A DNA stretch of 64,000 nt, taken from assembly GCA_023268965.1 (NCBI GenBank), contig JALRJE010000016.1, positions 34,279-98,278 of the forward strand, read 5' to 3'. Shown here piece after piece: positions 37,123-47,487 of the stretch (positions within the stretch are counted from its first letter, which is position 1; each line of letters starts with the position of its first letter). Position numbers and translations under genes: made by a program. Below the pieces are notes generated by a model. The model did no database searches, was not told the origin of the DNA, and was given only the letters and a program-made list of their open reading frames with translations. Origin of the DNA: Crocinitomicaceae bacterium (GTDB lineage Bacteria; Bacteroidota; Bacteroidia; Flavobacteriales_D; Crocinitomicaceae).

Positions 37123-38118
37123 TTATAAGCCCATTGCCTTTTCCACCATTAACTTAGCGCCAATATAAAACCCAACCCTCTGATGAAGCTCCGTTGGTGG
37201 GATATCCAAAATACGCTGTTTGCCGTCTGTGGCCAAACCACCGGCTTGTTCAGCTATGAAAGCCAACGGATTGCACTCATAAAGTAAGCGCAAACGCCCT
37301 TTAGGTGCAGCAGGAACCGCAGGGTAAATATAGATTCCGCCTTTGATGAGGTTGCGGTGAAAATCAGCAACTAAAGAGCCGATGTAGCGGCCAGAGTAGG
37401 GTTTGCCTGTTTGGTTGTCGTTGGACTGGCAATAAGCAAGATAGGCGCGCAAAGTTGGGTCAAAGTCTTGGAGATTGCCTTCATTGACCGAATAGTACCT
37501 GCCATTTTCAGGCATCTTTATATCAGGATGAGATAAGAAAAATTCTCCTATAGATGGGTCTAGGGTAAATCCGTTAACGCCGTTTCCGGTAGAATACACC
37601 AAAATGGTGGAGGAGCCATAGAGCACATAGCCAGCTGCCACTTGTTGGGTGCCAGGTTGGAGCATGTCTTCGAGGGTTGCTGGGGTACCAACTGGAGAGA
37701 CACGTCTGTAAATGGAAAAAATGGTGCCGATAGAAACATTGACGTCTATGTTAGAAGAACCGTCTAGCGGGTCAAATAATACAACATAGTTGGCATTTTG
37801 AGCGTTAGCAGAGGTAAATGCAAGAAAGTTGTCGTTTTCTTCAGAGGCAATGCCGCAGACCTCACCGCCATTTTCAAAAGCGCGAATAAATGCTGCATCT
37901 GCAACAACATCTAATTTTTGCTGTTCTTCGCCTTGCACATTCTGACCGCCCTGGGCGCCGAGGATGTGGTCGACTAATCCGGCTTTGCGCAAATCATTGC
38001 TGACTATTTTTGCCGCTAAGGCGATATCGCTGAGCAAGCGAGAAAGCTCACCGGTGGCAAAGGGAAAATCTTGTTGCGTGCTAACAATAAACTCGTGTAG
38101 GGTAGTGAGTTTAGACAT
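37123..38118 (-). CDS. fbp: Class 1 fructose-1,6-bisphosphatase
   Basis: [44 protein letters not shown] and [13 protein letters not shown]. Confidence 0.95.
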   Translation of the reverse strand: MSKLTTLHEFIVSTQQDFPFATGELSRLLSDIALAAKIVSNDLRKAGLVDHILGAQGGQNVQGEEQQKLDVVADAAFIRAFENGGEVCGIASEENDNFLAFTSANAQNANYVVLFDPLDGSSNIDVNVSIGTIFSIYRRVSPVGTPATLEDMLQPGTQQVAAGYVLYGSSTILVYSTGNGVNGFTLDPSIGEFFLSHPDIKMPENGRYYSVNEGNLQDFDPTLRAYLAYCQSNDNQTGKPYSGRYIGSLVADFHRNLIKGGIYIYPAVPAAPKGRLRLLYECNPLAFIAEQAGGLATDGKQRILDIPPTELHQRVGFYIGAKLMVEKAMGL

Positions 38119-38120
38119 GC

Positions 38121-38945
38121 TTACATCGAGAACATATTGCTGTAATCAGATCCAAGGTGAATCGGATTGACGATAAGCGTTGGGATGAGCGCATCATTGG
38201 TAATGATGTATTGTTCGTGATTGGAAGTGAGGGCAGTAAATAAGTTATTGCGCTGTAGATTCATAATTGCAATGAGATCGGCGTCTACGCTAATCGCATA
38301 TTTTACCACTTCTTTGTCAAAGCCTGAACTTGGAACTAATGCGCTGGTCATTTCGATGCCTCGGTCTTTGAAAAAGCCTTCAGAGAAAGTGATATTTGAA
38401 CGTACTTGATGACGCAAAAACTCGTCGGATTCGTCTGGAGTTACCACGTGTACTTTTGATTTGAAGTACTGAGCAAGATTGGCTACGATAGAAAGTTTTT
38501 GTTTGGTTTCTTTGTGAAGATCCATTGGTACTACAATGGAATCATAGCCGCTGGCCTTTACCGCTTTTTCTTGAACGATGATAAACGGAACTTGTGAGCT
38601 CGTTACGACCTTTAAAGCATGGCTGCCGGTAATGTGTTGCCAACCATGAGCGCCATGGGTACCCATAAAGATGAGTTCGGCCTGATGCTCAGCAGCGAAT
38701 GCGCCGATATCTTCAAAAATACTTCCGATGCGGACATTTGGCTTGAGGAGCACGCCTTCATGTTCAAAACCTCCAGTAATATTTTCTAGCTGCGCAAGTG
38801 CCTCGGGTATTTGAGCTTCTTTGGAAACTACATGAAGTACAAGGATTTGAGCCCCTAGTGGTTTAGCAGTGGCAATAGCGTGTTGGAGGGCGATGTCTGC
38901 TACAGCTGTGAAGTCGTGAGGAACAATGAATGTTTTGGTTTGCAT
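38121..38945 (-). CDS. Universal stress protein (tandem Usp domains)
   Basis: Two ~135-aa halves, each with the Usp pattern (ILVPHDFT...LHVV...LIFMGTHG / IVVPMD...VHVV...DLIAIMN). 2-nt gap to fbp. Confidence 0.82.
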   Translation of the reverse strand: MQTKTFIVPHDFTAVADIALQHAIATAKPLGAQILVLHVVSKEAQIPEALAQLENITGGFEHEGVLLKPNVRIGSIFEDIGAFAAEHQAELIFMGTHGAHGWQHITGSHALKVVTSSQVPFIIVQEKAVKASGYDSIVVPMDLHKETKQKLSIVANLAQYFKSKVHVVTPDESDEFLRHQVRSNITFSEGFFKDRGIEMTSALVPSSGFDKEVVKYAISVDADLIAIMNLQRNNLFTALTSNHEQYIITNDALIPTLIVNPIHLGSDYSNMFSM

Positions 38946-39003
38946 AGTCGTATTTTTTACAAATTTAAAACAAAGTGTAGTAAGAACGCACTAGTTTTCT
39001 CTT

Positions 39004-39011
39004 TATTTTTG
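39004..39011 (+). promoter_or_regulatory. Possible -7 promoter element TATTTTTG upstream of the GH3-family gene
   Basis: Fits TAnnTTTG and ends 33 nt before the ATG at 39045. No clear -33 element. Confidence 0.3.
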
Positions 39012-39044
39012 TGTGAAGCCTGTACTCAAAAAGCTTCTTGTAAA

Positions 39045-40571
39045 ATGCCCATAATTGGTAAGCTCATTCAACGCAGCACTGCAATAAGTTTCAAGCGTAT
39101 TTCACGCGTAAGTGCCGACTACAAACAACAACTTGAAGCCCTGCGGCAAAATATCGAAGTCGCAAAAAAAACGATTTTTGGCCAGCATCACTCTTTTACG
39201 ACCCTCCTTCAAAAAAGCGACTTGGTCTCGAGGTATCAACAAAGCGTACCCATTACAGAATACGACGAATACTTCACCAACTGGCTGCAAGCAGCAATCG
39301 ATGGTAAAAAAGACCATATTTGGCCGGGTCGGATCAAATATTTTGCGCTTTCATCAGGTACTACAGGTGCGCCAAGTAAGAGAATTCCGGTCACTACTGA
39401 AATGATACGCTCCTTTCAGCGGGTGTCTTTACGTCAGTTTTCGGTGCTTCATGAATTGAACCTTCCAGACTCTTTTTATGGTGCAAAGGTGCTTGCCGTT
39501 GGTGGTTCTACCAAATTAAAAAAAATAGACCAACATTTTGAAGGCGACCTGAGCGGCATCCTCAAAAAACACACCTCGCTTATTGCTGCACCTTTCACCA
39601 AACCCAACAAGAAAATCACCAAACTAAAAGACTGGAAAGCCAAACTACCCATGATGGTCGAAGAAGCACCAAAATGGGACATCGGAATTATGGCCGGAAT
39701 ACCAAGTTGGTGCGTCCTGCTATTAGAAGAAATTGTCAAGTATTATCAGCTGAAAAACATACATGAAATTTGGCCAAATTTTCAGGTGTATGTCCACGGC
39801 GGTGTGTACATGGACCCTTTTGTGGAGCGCCTCAAAAGAATAGCTGGAAAAGAAATCGTCTTATTAGACACTTATTTGGCTAGCGAGGGTTATTTTGGCT
39901 ACCAAACTAGCCCCAAAAAAAATGGAATGACGCTATTGATGAACAATAGCATCTTTTTTGAATTTATTCCATTCAATGTGGAATACTTTACTGAATCTGG
40001 AGTACTTAAAGACAAGTATAAAGCATATACCATTAGCGAAGTAAAAGCGGGCATCGACTACGCCCTGGTCATCAGCACTAATGCTGGGCTTTGGCGCTAC
40101 CTGATTGGCGATTTAGTGCGATTTCTCGATACTACAACGCATGAATTCATCATCGCAGGACGCATCAAACAATTTTTGAGCCTTTGCGGTGAACACCTGT
40201 CCTTAGATAACATCAATCAAGGTCTAAAAGAGGTCAGTTCTAAACATCAACTCTCTTTTTCTGAGTACACTATCCATGCCGATGAAAATGGCTTACAGCA
40301 CTGCTGGTATATCGGTTGCGATGAACACAAAGCAAATGACAGCATCATCGAACAACTCGATGCAGCCCTTCAGGCCATTAACGACGACTACGCATATGTC
40401 CGCAAGCATAACATGCAGATGCCCAGCCTCAAATTGTTACCGACAAATGTATTTTATACCTATTTAGAAAGTATAGGCAAGCTAGGCGCACAAAACAAAA
40501 TGCCAAGGGTGATGAATAAAGATCAAGCCAAAGTGTGGATGCAATTTCTTAGCGCAAACGGCTACCTTTAA
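39045..40571 (+). CDS. GH3 (auxin-responsive promoter) family acyl-acid amido synthetase-like protein
   Basis: ANL-superfamily motif FALSSGTTGAPSKRIPV. ~508 aa from MPIIGKLIQR (ATG at 39045). The track extension from 38880 overlaps the Usp gene on the other strand. Confidence 0.85.
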   Translation: MPIIGKLIQRSTAISFKRISRVSADYKQQLEALRQNIEVAKKTIFGQHHSFTTLLQKSDLVSRYQQSVPITEYDEYFTNWLQAAIDGKKDHIWPGRIKYFALSSGTTGAPSKRIPVTTEMIRSFQRVSLRQFSVLHELNLPDSFYGAKVLAVGGSTKLKKIDQHFEGDLSGILKKHTSLIAAPFTKPNKKITKLKDWKAKLPMMVEEAPKWDIGIMAGIPSWCVLLLEEIVKYYQLKNIHEIWPNFQVYVHGGVYMDPFVERLKRIAGKEIVLLDTYLASEGYFGYQTSPKKNGMTLLMNNSIFFEFIPFNVEYFTESGVLKDKYKAYTISEVKAGIDYALVISTNAGLWRYLIGDLVRFLDTTTHEFIIAGRIKQFLSLCGEHLSLDNINQGLKEVSSKHQLSFSEYTIHADENGLQHCWYIGCDEHKANDSIIEQLDAALQAINDDYAYVRKHNMQMPSLKLLPTNVFYTYLESIGKLGAQNKMPRVMNKDQAKVWMQFLSANGYL

Positions 40572-41592
40572 AGGCTGATTTCTTTAAAAAAGTATAAGCA
40601 AGGTTCAATTCTACAGAATGTCTGTACACAGCTGATGCTGCTCCTAAATTAGCATCATACGAAATACCAAAGTCAAAGGCACCAAAATCTATAGCCACAT
40701 AAGGGGCAATTGCAGCGCTGGATCGAAAATAAAATCCGGCACTCAAAAATTGAGTGCTGACTTCATTGGTTACCAGAGAACTCCCTCTGAGTTTCATGCG
40801 GTAGATCGCCCCTAACATACTTTCTGTATGACCGCCTTGCCGTAGGTGAGTTAGGGATAGCTGCAGCGCTGAAACCTCATTTAAACCCAGCGAGAAACAG
40901 GCATAAGCTACCGCTTTTTGATAGAGTCTGTCGGCAGAAAGCGTATTGTATTGGAGGCGCGGTCGATTCACATGCTGCAAAGAAAAACCTGTTTGTAAAG
41001 ACCACTGGCCATTGCGTAGTTCTCCGCGCTGGTTGGGTTCAAAACGATATGCCAAGCCCAAACCTGCATCTACAAATGCAAAGTTGACAAAGTCGTTCTC
41101 CTCGCCAGAATAAACTGCTGGATCTAGCGTACTACCATTCCATTGTGAATAATAAAGTAACTTACTGAAATCTGCACTGCGTTGTTGAATAGCCGTCTGA
41201 ATACCTGCGTCTAGCCAATGGCCTTTAGCCAGCGGAAGATGACCACTGGCAGTGATTCCAAAAGATTTCTGAGACATCCGAGAATCTCCACCTACATCGT
41301 TTCCGAAAGAAGCACCAATTCCAGCATAGGCGCGTTCACCTTGACGGGTACGGCCTGGTGTAAATTCTGCCATACCGTAGCTGGTTAGAAATTGAGTTCC
41401 GGAACCAACCCATTGGTTTCGATTGAGCATCGTTAACTTCTCAAAACCTTTGTAGGTACCAACAAATGCAGGGTTCATAAATGGGATGGAGCGGTCTGCT
41501 TGGGTAAGATGAAAATCTTGGGCTGAGCACACTTGGGAGACGCTCAGCAACAAGAATAAAACAAAAAGCTGGATGCTCAATTTAATATGCAT
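40549..41592 (-). CDS. PorP/SprF family type IX secretion system membrane protein
   Basis: Signal ending CSA|QD, then DFHLTQADRSIPFMNPAFVG (matches the Q(F/Y)...NPA(F/Y)(A/V)G opening of the PorP/SprF family, TIGR03519 type). The remainder is rich in beta-barrel-like alternation. Lies 2 nt downstream of a type B CTD cargo gene. Confidence 0.85.
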   Translation of the reverse strand: MHIKLSIQLFVLFLLLSVSQVCSAQDFHLTQADRSIPFMNPAFVGTYKGFEKLTMLNRNQWVGSGTQFLTSYGMAEFTPGRTRQGERAYAGIGASFGNDVGGDSRMSQKSFGITASGHLPLAKGHWLDAGIQTAIQQRSADFSKLLYYSQWNGSTLDPAVYSGEENDFVNFAFVDAGLGLAYRFEPNQRGELRNGQWSLQTGFSLQHVNRPRLQYNTLSADRLYQKAVAYACFSLGLNEVSALQLSLTHLRQGGHTESMLGAIYRMKLRGSSLVTNEVSTQFLSAGFYFRSSAAIAPYVAIDFGAFDFGISYDANLGAASAVYRHSVELNLAYTFLKKSAFKGSRLR

Positions 41593-41594
41593 GC

Positions 41595-44500
41595 TTATCG
41601 AATTAGGGTAATGTTACCTGCAAACTTTTTGGTGCTGCCGTTTTCATAGGTTACATCGCACACATAAGCGTATACCCCACTATTACACGGTTTATTATTA
41701 TGGGTGCCGTCCCATTGAAATAATTTATGAGTCGAGGAAAATACGAGATTGCCCCAGCGATCCACAATTTTAAAGTTGAGGGCAGCGACGTCTTTACCCG
41801 CAATAATCTGATACACCTCATTGAGGCCATTGCCTACCCCATTTGGCGAAAACGCAGTTGGGAAGAAGATCCCGGTTGCACATTCTGGGCTGCTGTTATC
41901 AGGGTCGCAAGGGTCTAGTGGGTCAGAGCCACTCGCCACTTCTGTTCCGTCATTGATACCATCGCCATCGGTGTCCGGATTGAGCGGGTCAGTTCCTAAT
42001 ACAGCTTCTTGTGCATCGGTGAGGCCATCAAAATCGGTATCGATTTGGCAACCTGGGAGGGAATCGTTAGGATCACATGGGTTGAGCGGATCTGAGCCGT
42101 TGCTTACTTCGGCACCATCTGTTAGGCCATCGCCGTCGGTGTCGGGGTTGGTAGGATTGGTGCCTGCAGCAGTTTCCTGCGCGTTGGTTAGACCATCGCC
42201 GTCCTGGTCGCAAGGGCCCGCATTTGGATTTGGAATACATGGGTTGGTGTTGTCCGGGTCTAATTCGTCCATTACACCATCGCCATCAGTGTCTATAATT
42301 GAAGATTCTAGTGCGTCAATGATGCCATCGCCGTCGGTGTCGTTAGGCGCGCCAATGTTGCCAATCTCATCGCAATCATTTTCGCCATCACCGTCGGTAT
42401 CGGGGTTATTGATATCAGTGCCCAGCAAGAGTTCGTCTACGTTAAGGCAGCCGTCGCCATCGAGGTCTGGAACATCTGGCACAAATACCGCAACTATCGT
42501 TTCTGGCCCATTGATATTAATAAAATTATCGGCAGTAGTTGAGGGCAAACCCAAGGGGCCCGTTGTGACAGTCCAATGGCTGAACATAAAGCCAGGATTG
42601 GCATCGGGTTCAATGAGCGTTTGAATGCCACCAAAATAGCTGGTTGTCCAGGGATACGATGGCGGATCAATAGAATTGACTTGAATTGTGCCGGCTCCTG
42701 CTGGGCTGACATCAAAAGTAGTGGCAAAGGGCCCGGAAAGTTGATAGCAGTCAATAAGGCCTTGTTCCATGGCCAAACAACGCTGATTGATGAAATTGCG
42801 CAATTGCGTCACTCGAGATTGCCAGCCGGTGTAGGTTCCGCCCCATTTGGCACATTGGGCAGTCATTTCAGGGTCAATTTCATTGACCATGCTATCGAGC
42901 AGCGCAAGCATACTGGTGCAGCTAAAAGAAGTATTGATGAGGTCGATGTAGCGGGTAATATAGTATTGCTCTACTTCTGGATTTTCATTGATGAGTTTTT
43001 CCAAAATGTCTGTATGGCCTTGACCACCTGGATTAGGTAGGTTTTCAGCATTACATGGATCGGCATTAGCACTTGGGTCGGGAATGCCTGTATAATTGAT
43101 GTAATGGCCGAAAGTGGCATCCATGTCCCAGAGGGCATAGCGCCATTTTGTTTTGTCGCCGGCGGTGTCTAAGCCTCTCCACCAAGCGGTGTTCCAATTG
43201 AGCCAATCTTGATTGACCGTGTATGAATTGATCATGAAATAATCAGCGAGGGATTTCCAATTGAGTAAAGAATCGACGTAATTAAAGTTCGTTGGATTAC
43301 CCATGTTGTTGGCAAGGATATAGTTGCGCAAGGCGTTCCAACTTGGCTGGGCATTTGGTGCACCGTACTCTTGCCAAGTTCCTCCCCACGTTTTGAGGTA
43401 ATGTAGATTGTATTTATTTTGGTCGTAATAGATATCGGTGTAGTCGTGGTCATCGGCTTTTTCACGAATTTCATAAACGCCCCAATAGCTGCCATTCAAA
43501 TAAACAATTGCAGGGCGCCAAGTGCGCTCATCTAGACGAAGATCTGCACGAATAGAAAGCGTATGAATAAAAGCATCGCGGATGTGCGCGCCTTGTTCAA
43601 AAGGATAGTTGTCGCTAGCACCCGGTTTGAGTATCACCCTTTGAAACTCATCTCGGTCTTTTTCTGGGAAAATTTCGTGCTCGAGATCGCCGTTGTGGCC
43701 GTATTGGTCTCTACAAATAAAGTCAAAGCCCCTTTGCGCATAGGCCCAAGAGTCATTGCCGTGTTTATTGAAGTCTCCTTCAGATTCATCGATGAACGCA
43801 CCGTCTTGTTCAAAAAGTTCAAAAGAACCAATCCGATTCGGTGGGTTTTGACTGCCATTGGCCACTAAGGAATAGACGCCTTGGCTGCAAACTGAAACTA
43901 CAGGAATGGTATGACTTACATTTATAAAATAAGTGTTCGTCTCTGTAAAGGAAGAGAGCGTAGTGCCAAAGGCTGTGGCTCTTAAAACTTTTGTGGTGGT
44001 AATATTGATTGGGCCACTGTAAACAGGAGAGGTGAGGATGGGGTCTGAGCCATCAAGGGTATAGCGAATAGTAGCTGTTGGGTCTGCGCAAGTAATACTG
44101 ACCGTTTGGGCACCAGCATAAAACCCTGGTGCAAGACTAAAAATAGGCTTTGGTGGATAAAAATTAACGCCCCCAACATTGTTTGCATTTGGCGTTGGTG
44201 TCGTAAACAATTTAAAATCAAGGGCACCATTACTTGAACGGCCTACAGAATGATTGGATTTGGTTAAGTGTACAATTTTAAAGGAATCTATTACCACAGC
44301 AGATGGGTTCGACAAAATGATCCAGTCTCCACCAGTTTGTGATAAATTAAAATTGGGATGGTATTCATTACCCGAAACCAAATCTCTCTTGGAGCAAAAT
44401 ACCATTTTGAAGCCATTAGCAGCGATACTTCCGTTAGGAATTTGCCATTTGGTGATATTTCCAGCTCTATCAGATAAGAACCACCCCGTTAAATCTATTG

Positions 44501-44657
44501 GTGCTGTACCAGTGTTGTAGAGCTCAATCCAGTCTTCTCTTTCGCCAAATGCATCAGTAATACCAGTCATGTTAGAACAAGAGTATTCATTGATCAGGAC
44601 CTGAGAAAAAGAAAGGAATGGAAATAGGAAAAGAAAGGAGAGTAGTAAGTGTTTCAT
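41595..44657 (-). CDS. Lamin-tail domain / CotH kinase family / thrombospondin type 3 repeat / T9SS type B sorting domain protein
   Basis: Signal ending SFS|QV. LTD: [10 protein letters not shown]...DWIELYNTG...DLTGWFLSD. CotH-like core: FELFEQDG...[13 protein letters not shown]...IRDAFIHTL...[16 protein letters not shown]. About 8 DxDxDGxxD calcium-binding repeats ([12 protein letters not shown] and similar). C-terminus: [14 protein letters not shown]...[10 protein letters not shown]...SGVYAYV. Confidence 0.87.
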   Translation of the reverse strand: MKHLLLSFLFLFPFLSFSQVLINEYSCSNMTGITDAFGEREDWIELYNTGTAPIDLTGWFLSDRAGNITKWQIPNGSIAANGFKMVFCSKRDLVSGNEYHPNFNLSQTGGDWIILSNPSAVVIDSFKIVHLTKSNHSVGRSSNGALDFKLFTTPTPNANNVGGVNFYPPKPIFSLAPGFYAGAQTVSITCADPTATIRYTLDGSDPILTSPVYSGPINITTTKVLRATAFGTTLSSFTETNTYFINVSHTIPVVSVCSQGVYSLVANGSQNPPNRIGSFELFEQDGAFIDESEGDFNKHGNDSWAYAQRGFDFICRDQYGHNGDLEHEIFPEKDRDEFQRVILKPGASDNYPFEQGAHIRDAFIHTLSIRADLRLDERTWRPAIVYLNGSYWGVYEIREKADDHDYTDIYYDQNKYNLHYLKTWGGTWQEYGAPNAQPSWNALRNYILANNMGNPTNFNYVDSLLNWKSLADYFMINSYTVNQDWLNWNTAWWRGLDTAGDKTKWRYALWDMDATFGHYINYTGIPDPSANADPCNAENLPNPGGQGHTDILEKLINENPEVEQYYITRYIDLINTSFSCTSMLALLDSMVNEIDPEMTAQCAKWGGTYTGWQSRVTQLRNFINQRCLAMEQGLIDCYQLSGPFATTFDVSPAGAGTIQVNSIDPPSYPWTTSYFGGIQTLIEPDANPGFMFSHWTVTTGPLGLPSTTADNFININGPETIVAVFVPDVPDLDGDGCLNVDELLLGTDINNPDTDGDGENDCDEIGNIGAPNDTDGDGIIDALESSIIDTDGDGVMDELDPDNTNPCIPNPNAGPCDQDGDGLTNAQETAAGTNPTNPDTDGDGLTDGAEVSNGSDPLNPCDPNDSLPGCQIDTDFDGLTDAQEAVLGTDPLNPDTDGDGINDGTEVASGSDPLDPCDPDNSSPECATGIFFPTAFSPNGVGNGLNEVYQIIAGKDVAALNFKIVDRWGNLVFSSTHKLFQWDGTHNNKPCNSGVYAYVCDVTYENGSTKKFAGNITLIR
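41880..42480 (-). repeat. In-gene tandem thrombospondin type 3-like repeats (DxDxDG) in the CotH cargo gene
   Basis: Recurring GA(Y)AC(N)GA(Y)GG(N)GA(Y)GG-type nucleotide units encode DTDGDG / DQDGDG / DTDFDG about every 25-35 codons. Confidence 0.7.
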
Positions 44658-44767
44658 TTAGCTTGTTTAGCGGAACCAATATTACTGAAATATCGATTTT
44701 GTTCCAAACTATTAGACGCAAGATTGCTTAAAAAGTTGTTTTTTTCTTAACATTGTCAAAAAAAAGA

Positions 44768-45199
44768 ATGAAAAGAATTTTAATATTGTTTTTAGCAGCA
44801 ACCCTACTCTTCGGATTGAACGGTTGTCAAAAATATGAAGGGGAAGGCGGCCGAAGTAAAATTACCGGCAAATTAACGATCAATGAGAAGCTCTACATCA
44901 ATGGTATACTCTCCCAAACAGTGAGCTACTCCGGAGCGACCGAAGATGTATATATCGTATACGGTACGCAAGACAGTATTTTCGATAACAAGGTCGAATG
45001 CAACCACGATGGCACCTTTAGTTTCAATAATTTATTTCCGGGCACCTACACTATTTTTGCCTACAATGAAATATTCAACACGGGTAATTCCGTAACCAAC
45101 AACGACGACGACTATTACACGAAAGTTCCAGTTAAATATACAGTTGAGCTCGGCAAAAACCAAACCATTGACCTCGGTGAAATCATTGTTTTAAGATAA
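44768..45199 (+). CDS. Small lipoprotein (beta-sandwich, carboxypeptidase-regulatory-like suspected)
   Basis: The ATG at 44768 gives MKRILILFLAATLLFGLNGC (lipobox). Also ITGKL...DGTFSFNNLFPGTYTIFAY. The track start at 44753 is TTG. Confidence 0.6.
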   Translation: MKRILILFLAATLLFGLNGCQKYEGEGGRSKITGKLTINEKLYINGILSQTVSYSGATEDVYIVYGTQDSIFDNKVECNHDGTFSFNNLFPGTYTIFAYNEIFNTGNSVTNNDDDYYTKVPVKYTVELGKNQTIDLGEIIVLR

Positions 45200-45909
45200 T
45201 GCGATTCTTATTCTTCCTACTTATTTTCCCAGCGTTAAGCTGGGGGCAAAACAACACTATTTTTCAGCTATGGAACGAGGTTGGTGTCTCGTACAAAATG
45301 GACAAAAAACAAAGTTTTGGTCTTGACTTCAATTCTAGGTTTGATGCCAACGGCATCCAAACATTTTTTCCTCAATTTTCATATCGGTATAAAATAAACA
45401 AGCATATTCGGCCTTCGATTGACTACAGATTCGTATCGGACCGCAATAAGTCGGGTAATTTTGAGCTCAAGCACCGCATCAACGCTAATTTACAGTTGAG
45501 TCATAAAATTGATCAGCTAGAACTCGATTTTAGGCTGCGTTATCAGTATGCCCGAACAAGGTTTGTTGAGGACATCGAGCCAGAATTTGGCGCTGCCTTG
45601 CGCTACAAAACAAGTGTTGCATACGATATTAAAAATTCAGATCTACAACCTAAAGTTTCCATGGAATTTTTTACAGGCCCAATGGAGGGTCAAATGGGCT
45701 ATCACCTGAATAGAATTCGTTGGAATTTTGGACTTTCCTATGATTTGAAGGGGCCACATTCCATACAAATTGCTTATCTACATGACCAACGCATCAATAG
45801 CCCAGGTAAACTCAATAGAGCTATTTTAAATCTTTCGTATGGTTATAATTTGCAAAAAGGGAAATCTAAAAAACAGGAAAGTGAGCGGCGTAACGCAAAA
45901 TTCTTATAA
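45199..45909 (+). CDS. Outer-membrane beta-barrel-like protein (DUF2490-like)
   Basis: Signal ending SWG|QN, alternating-hydrophobic beta-strand pattern and 236 aa. The start shares 1 nt with the preceding stop. The family call rests on memory of DUF2490 size and composition only. Confidence 0.5.
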   Translation: MRFLFFLLIFPALSWGQNNTIFQLWNEVGVSYKMDKKQSFGLDFNSRFDANGIQTFFPQFSYRYKINKHIRPSIDYRFVSDRNKSGNFELKHRINANLQLSHKIDQLELDFRLRYQYARTRFVEDIEPEFGAALRYKTSVAYDIKNSDLQPKVSMEFFTGPMEGQMGYHLNRIRWNFGLSYDLKGPHSIQIAYLHDQRINSPGKLNRAILNLSYGYNLQKGKSKKQESERRNAKFL

Positions 45910-47487
45910 CTCATTTTGGTATTGATTGGCAGCCAGCCTTTCTATTACCCTTTCCAGGTTTTCTTGCTTCTTCATTTGACGAGAACTAATAGAAGTAGCT
46001 GTAAAATACTGATGTTGATTTAAAAACTTAACCTGGATTTCATCCCACTCCTTTCGAGCATTGATTTTGCCCATTTCTGTGAGTTCTTGACGGAGCTTAT
46101 CGGCAATTTCCTCAAAATCGTCACGACCTAAATAGTCAAGGTCGGCATCGCAAATAATTTCTTGCAGTTTATTGATGGGCTTGTGTGGAATTTGCGTCGC
46201 ATGAATAAGTTCTACGATAGTTTTAACGTGCTGCTCAGTGTAGCCGTATTTTGGTAAAATTTCTTGTGCCATTCGCGCGCCAATAGACTCGTTGTGATCG
46301 TATTGTTCAATAAAGCCAGCGTCGTGGAAAATAGCTGCCGTTTTGAGCAAAAATAAGCCCTCATCGGTTACGCCCTCTAATAGTGCAATGCGCTCGACGG
46401 CTTTGACGACATCTTTGGTATGGTTAATTGAATGATAGGCAAGACTTGGTGATAAATTCTTTTTGAGGATGCCCATGACATGGTGCTCTGTTTTGTAATA
46501 TTTGATCGAGCTGTAGTGGTGTAATTTTTTAATTTCTTCGAAACGTGAATTTGGAATCAAGCCCTCCCCATGAACAGATAGTTCTGGCTTGATACGCAGC
46601 ACCACATACATGTCTACTTTTGTTCGAGATTTGGTAAGTGCCTTACCTTTGTAGTCGCATTCAAAATAGGGTTCGATTTGCTGAAAGGTATGGCCAGTGA
46701 TAGTTACTTTGCCCGGCTCCCCGAGCATTTCCATTCTTTGAGCTAAATTAACAGAAGAACCCCAAACGTCGTAAGCCAGGCGAATATTGCCTACTATTCC
46801 TGCAATAACGGGTCCTGTGTTAATACCGAGCCGGATTTCCCAGTAGTCTTCGTGATCGGCAATGGCTTCGTACTTCAGCTTCTCCATAAAAGCTTGGATC
46901 TGCAACGCGGCGCAACAAGCGTCTATAGGATTCGTTGAATTTTCCACGGGCACACCACCCGCACACATATAGGCATCGCCAATTGTCTTGATTTTCTCGA
47001 GGTTATTGGCTTGTATAATTTCATCAAATTTCTGAAAAAGCATATCGAGCTTTGAGACAATTCGGCTCGGCGCCATTGACTCAGAAATGCGTGTAAAGCC
47101 AACTACATCAGTAAACATAATTGACACCTGCTTAAAAGCTTGGGCTTTGACCTTGCCGTTGCGCTTGAGTTCTATAACAACCTGAGACGGTAGCGTATTG
47201 AGCAACCATTGTTCGGTTCGGTCTTTTTCCTTTTGAAGTAAGGCTTGTTGCTCTTCAACTTTATGCTTTTCTTCTTCAAGCAGACGTTTTTGCTCTTCTA
47301 TTTTTGTTTTTTGAAGACGGATTTCTTTCGTACGCTCGGCAATTTTAACCTCTAACCTAACTTGGTTTCTTCTCGACGTTTCGATTCTGCGACGAATAAA
47401 AACAAAGAGCAACAGCAAAAAAACAGAGGCTGCCAAAATTGACAGCCACCATGTTTTAGAAATAATTAAGATGAGCAAAGCGCTCAT
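45904..47487 (-). CDS. Membrane-anchored class III adenylate cyclase fused to a C-terminal HD-domain phosphohydrolase
   Basis: N-terminal hydrophobic anchor and a K/E-rich coiled coil. The cyclase core has FTDVVGFT, IKTIGDAYM and YDVWGSSVNLAQRME. The HD domain has SINHTKD, IFHDAGF and ICDADLDYLGRDDF. Confidence 0.85.
   Translation of the reverse strand: MSALLILIISKTWWLSILAASVFLLLLFVFIRRRIETSRRNQVRLEVKIAERTKEIRLQKTKIEEQKRLLEEEKHKVEEQQALLQKEKDRTEQWLLNTLPSQVVIELKRNGKVKAQAFKQVSIMFTDVVGFTRISESMAPSRIVSKLDMLFQKFDEIIQANNLEKIKTIGDAYMCAGGVPVENSTNPIDACCAALQIQAFMEKLKYEAIADHEDYWEIRLGINTGPVIAGIVGNIRLAYDVWGSSVNLAQRMEMLGEPGKVTITGHTFQQIEPYFECDYKGKALTKSRTKVDMYVVLRIKPELSVHGEGLIPNSRFEEIKKLHHYSSIKYYKTEHHVMGILKKNLSPSLAYHSINHTKDVVKAVERIALLEGVTDEGLFLLKTAAIFHDAGFIEQYDHNESIGARMAQEILPKYGYTEQHVKTIVELIHATQIPHKPINKLQEIICDADLDYLGRDDFEEIADKLRQELTEMGKINARKEWDEIQVKFLNQHQYFTATSISSRQMKKQENLERVIERLAANQYQNEL

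Noticed and set aside
38880-39044. 5' extensions of track ORFs. This one is for the GH3 gene; others are 8185-8292 (lptB), 26499-26594 (OmpA-like), 35017-35145 (mfd), 48006-48056 (ferritin), 49165-49272 (OMP) and 31560-31592 (yceI).
   Set aside because: In each case an internal Met or GTG gives the family-typical N-terminus or a proper signal peptide. The extension overlaps a neighbouring gene or is Cys/Phe-rich nonsense.
41821-42624. 267-aa Ser/Pro-rich ORF on the plus strand (SGSEPL...SPSVSG repeats)
   Set aside because: It is the antisense reading of the DxDxDG thrombospondin-3 repeats of the CotH cargo gene (GAC-GGC-GAT read backwards gives Ser/Pro codons). It has no independent start context, and the minus-strand gene has clear domain homology throughout.
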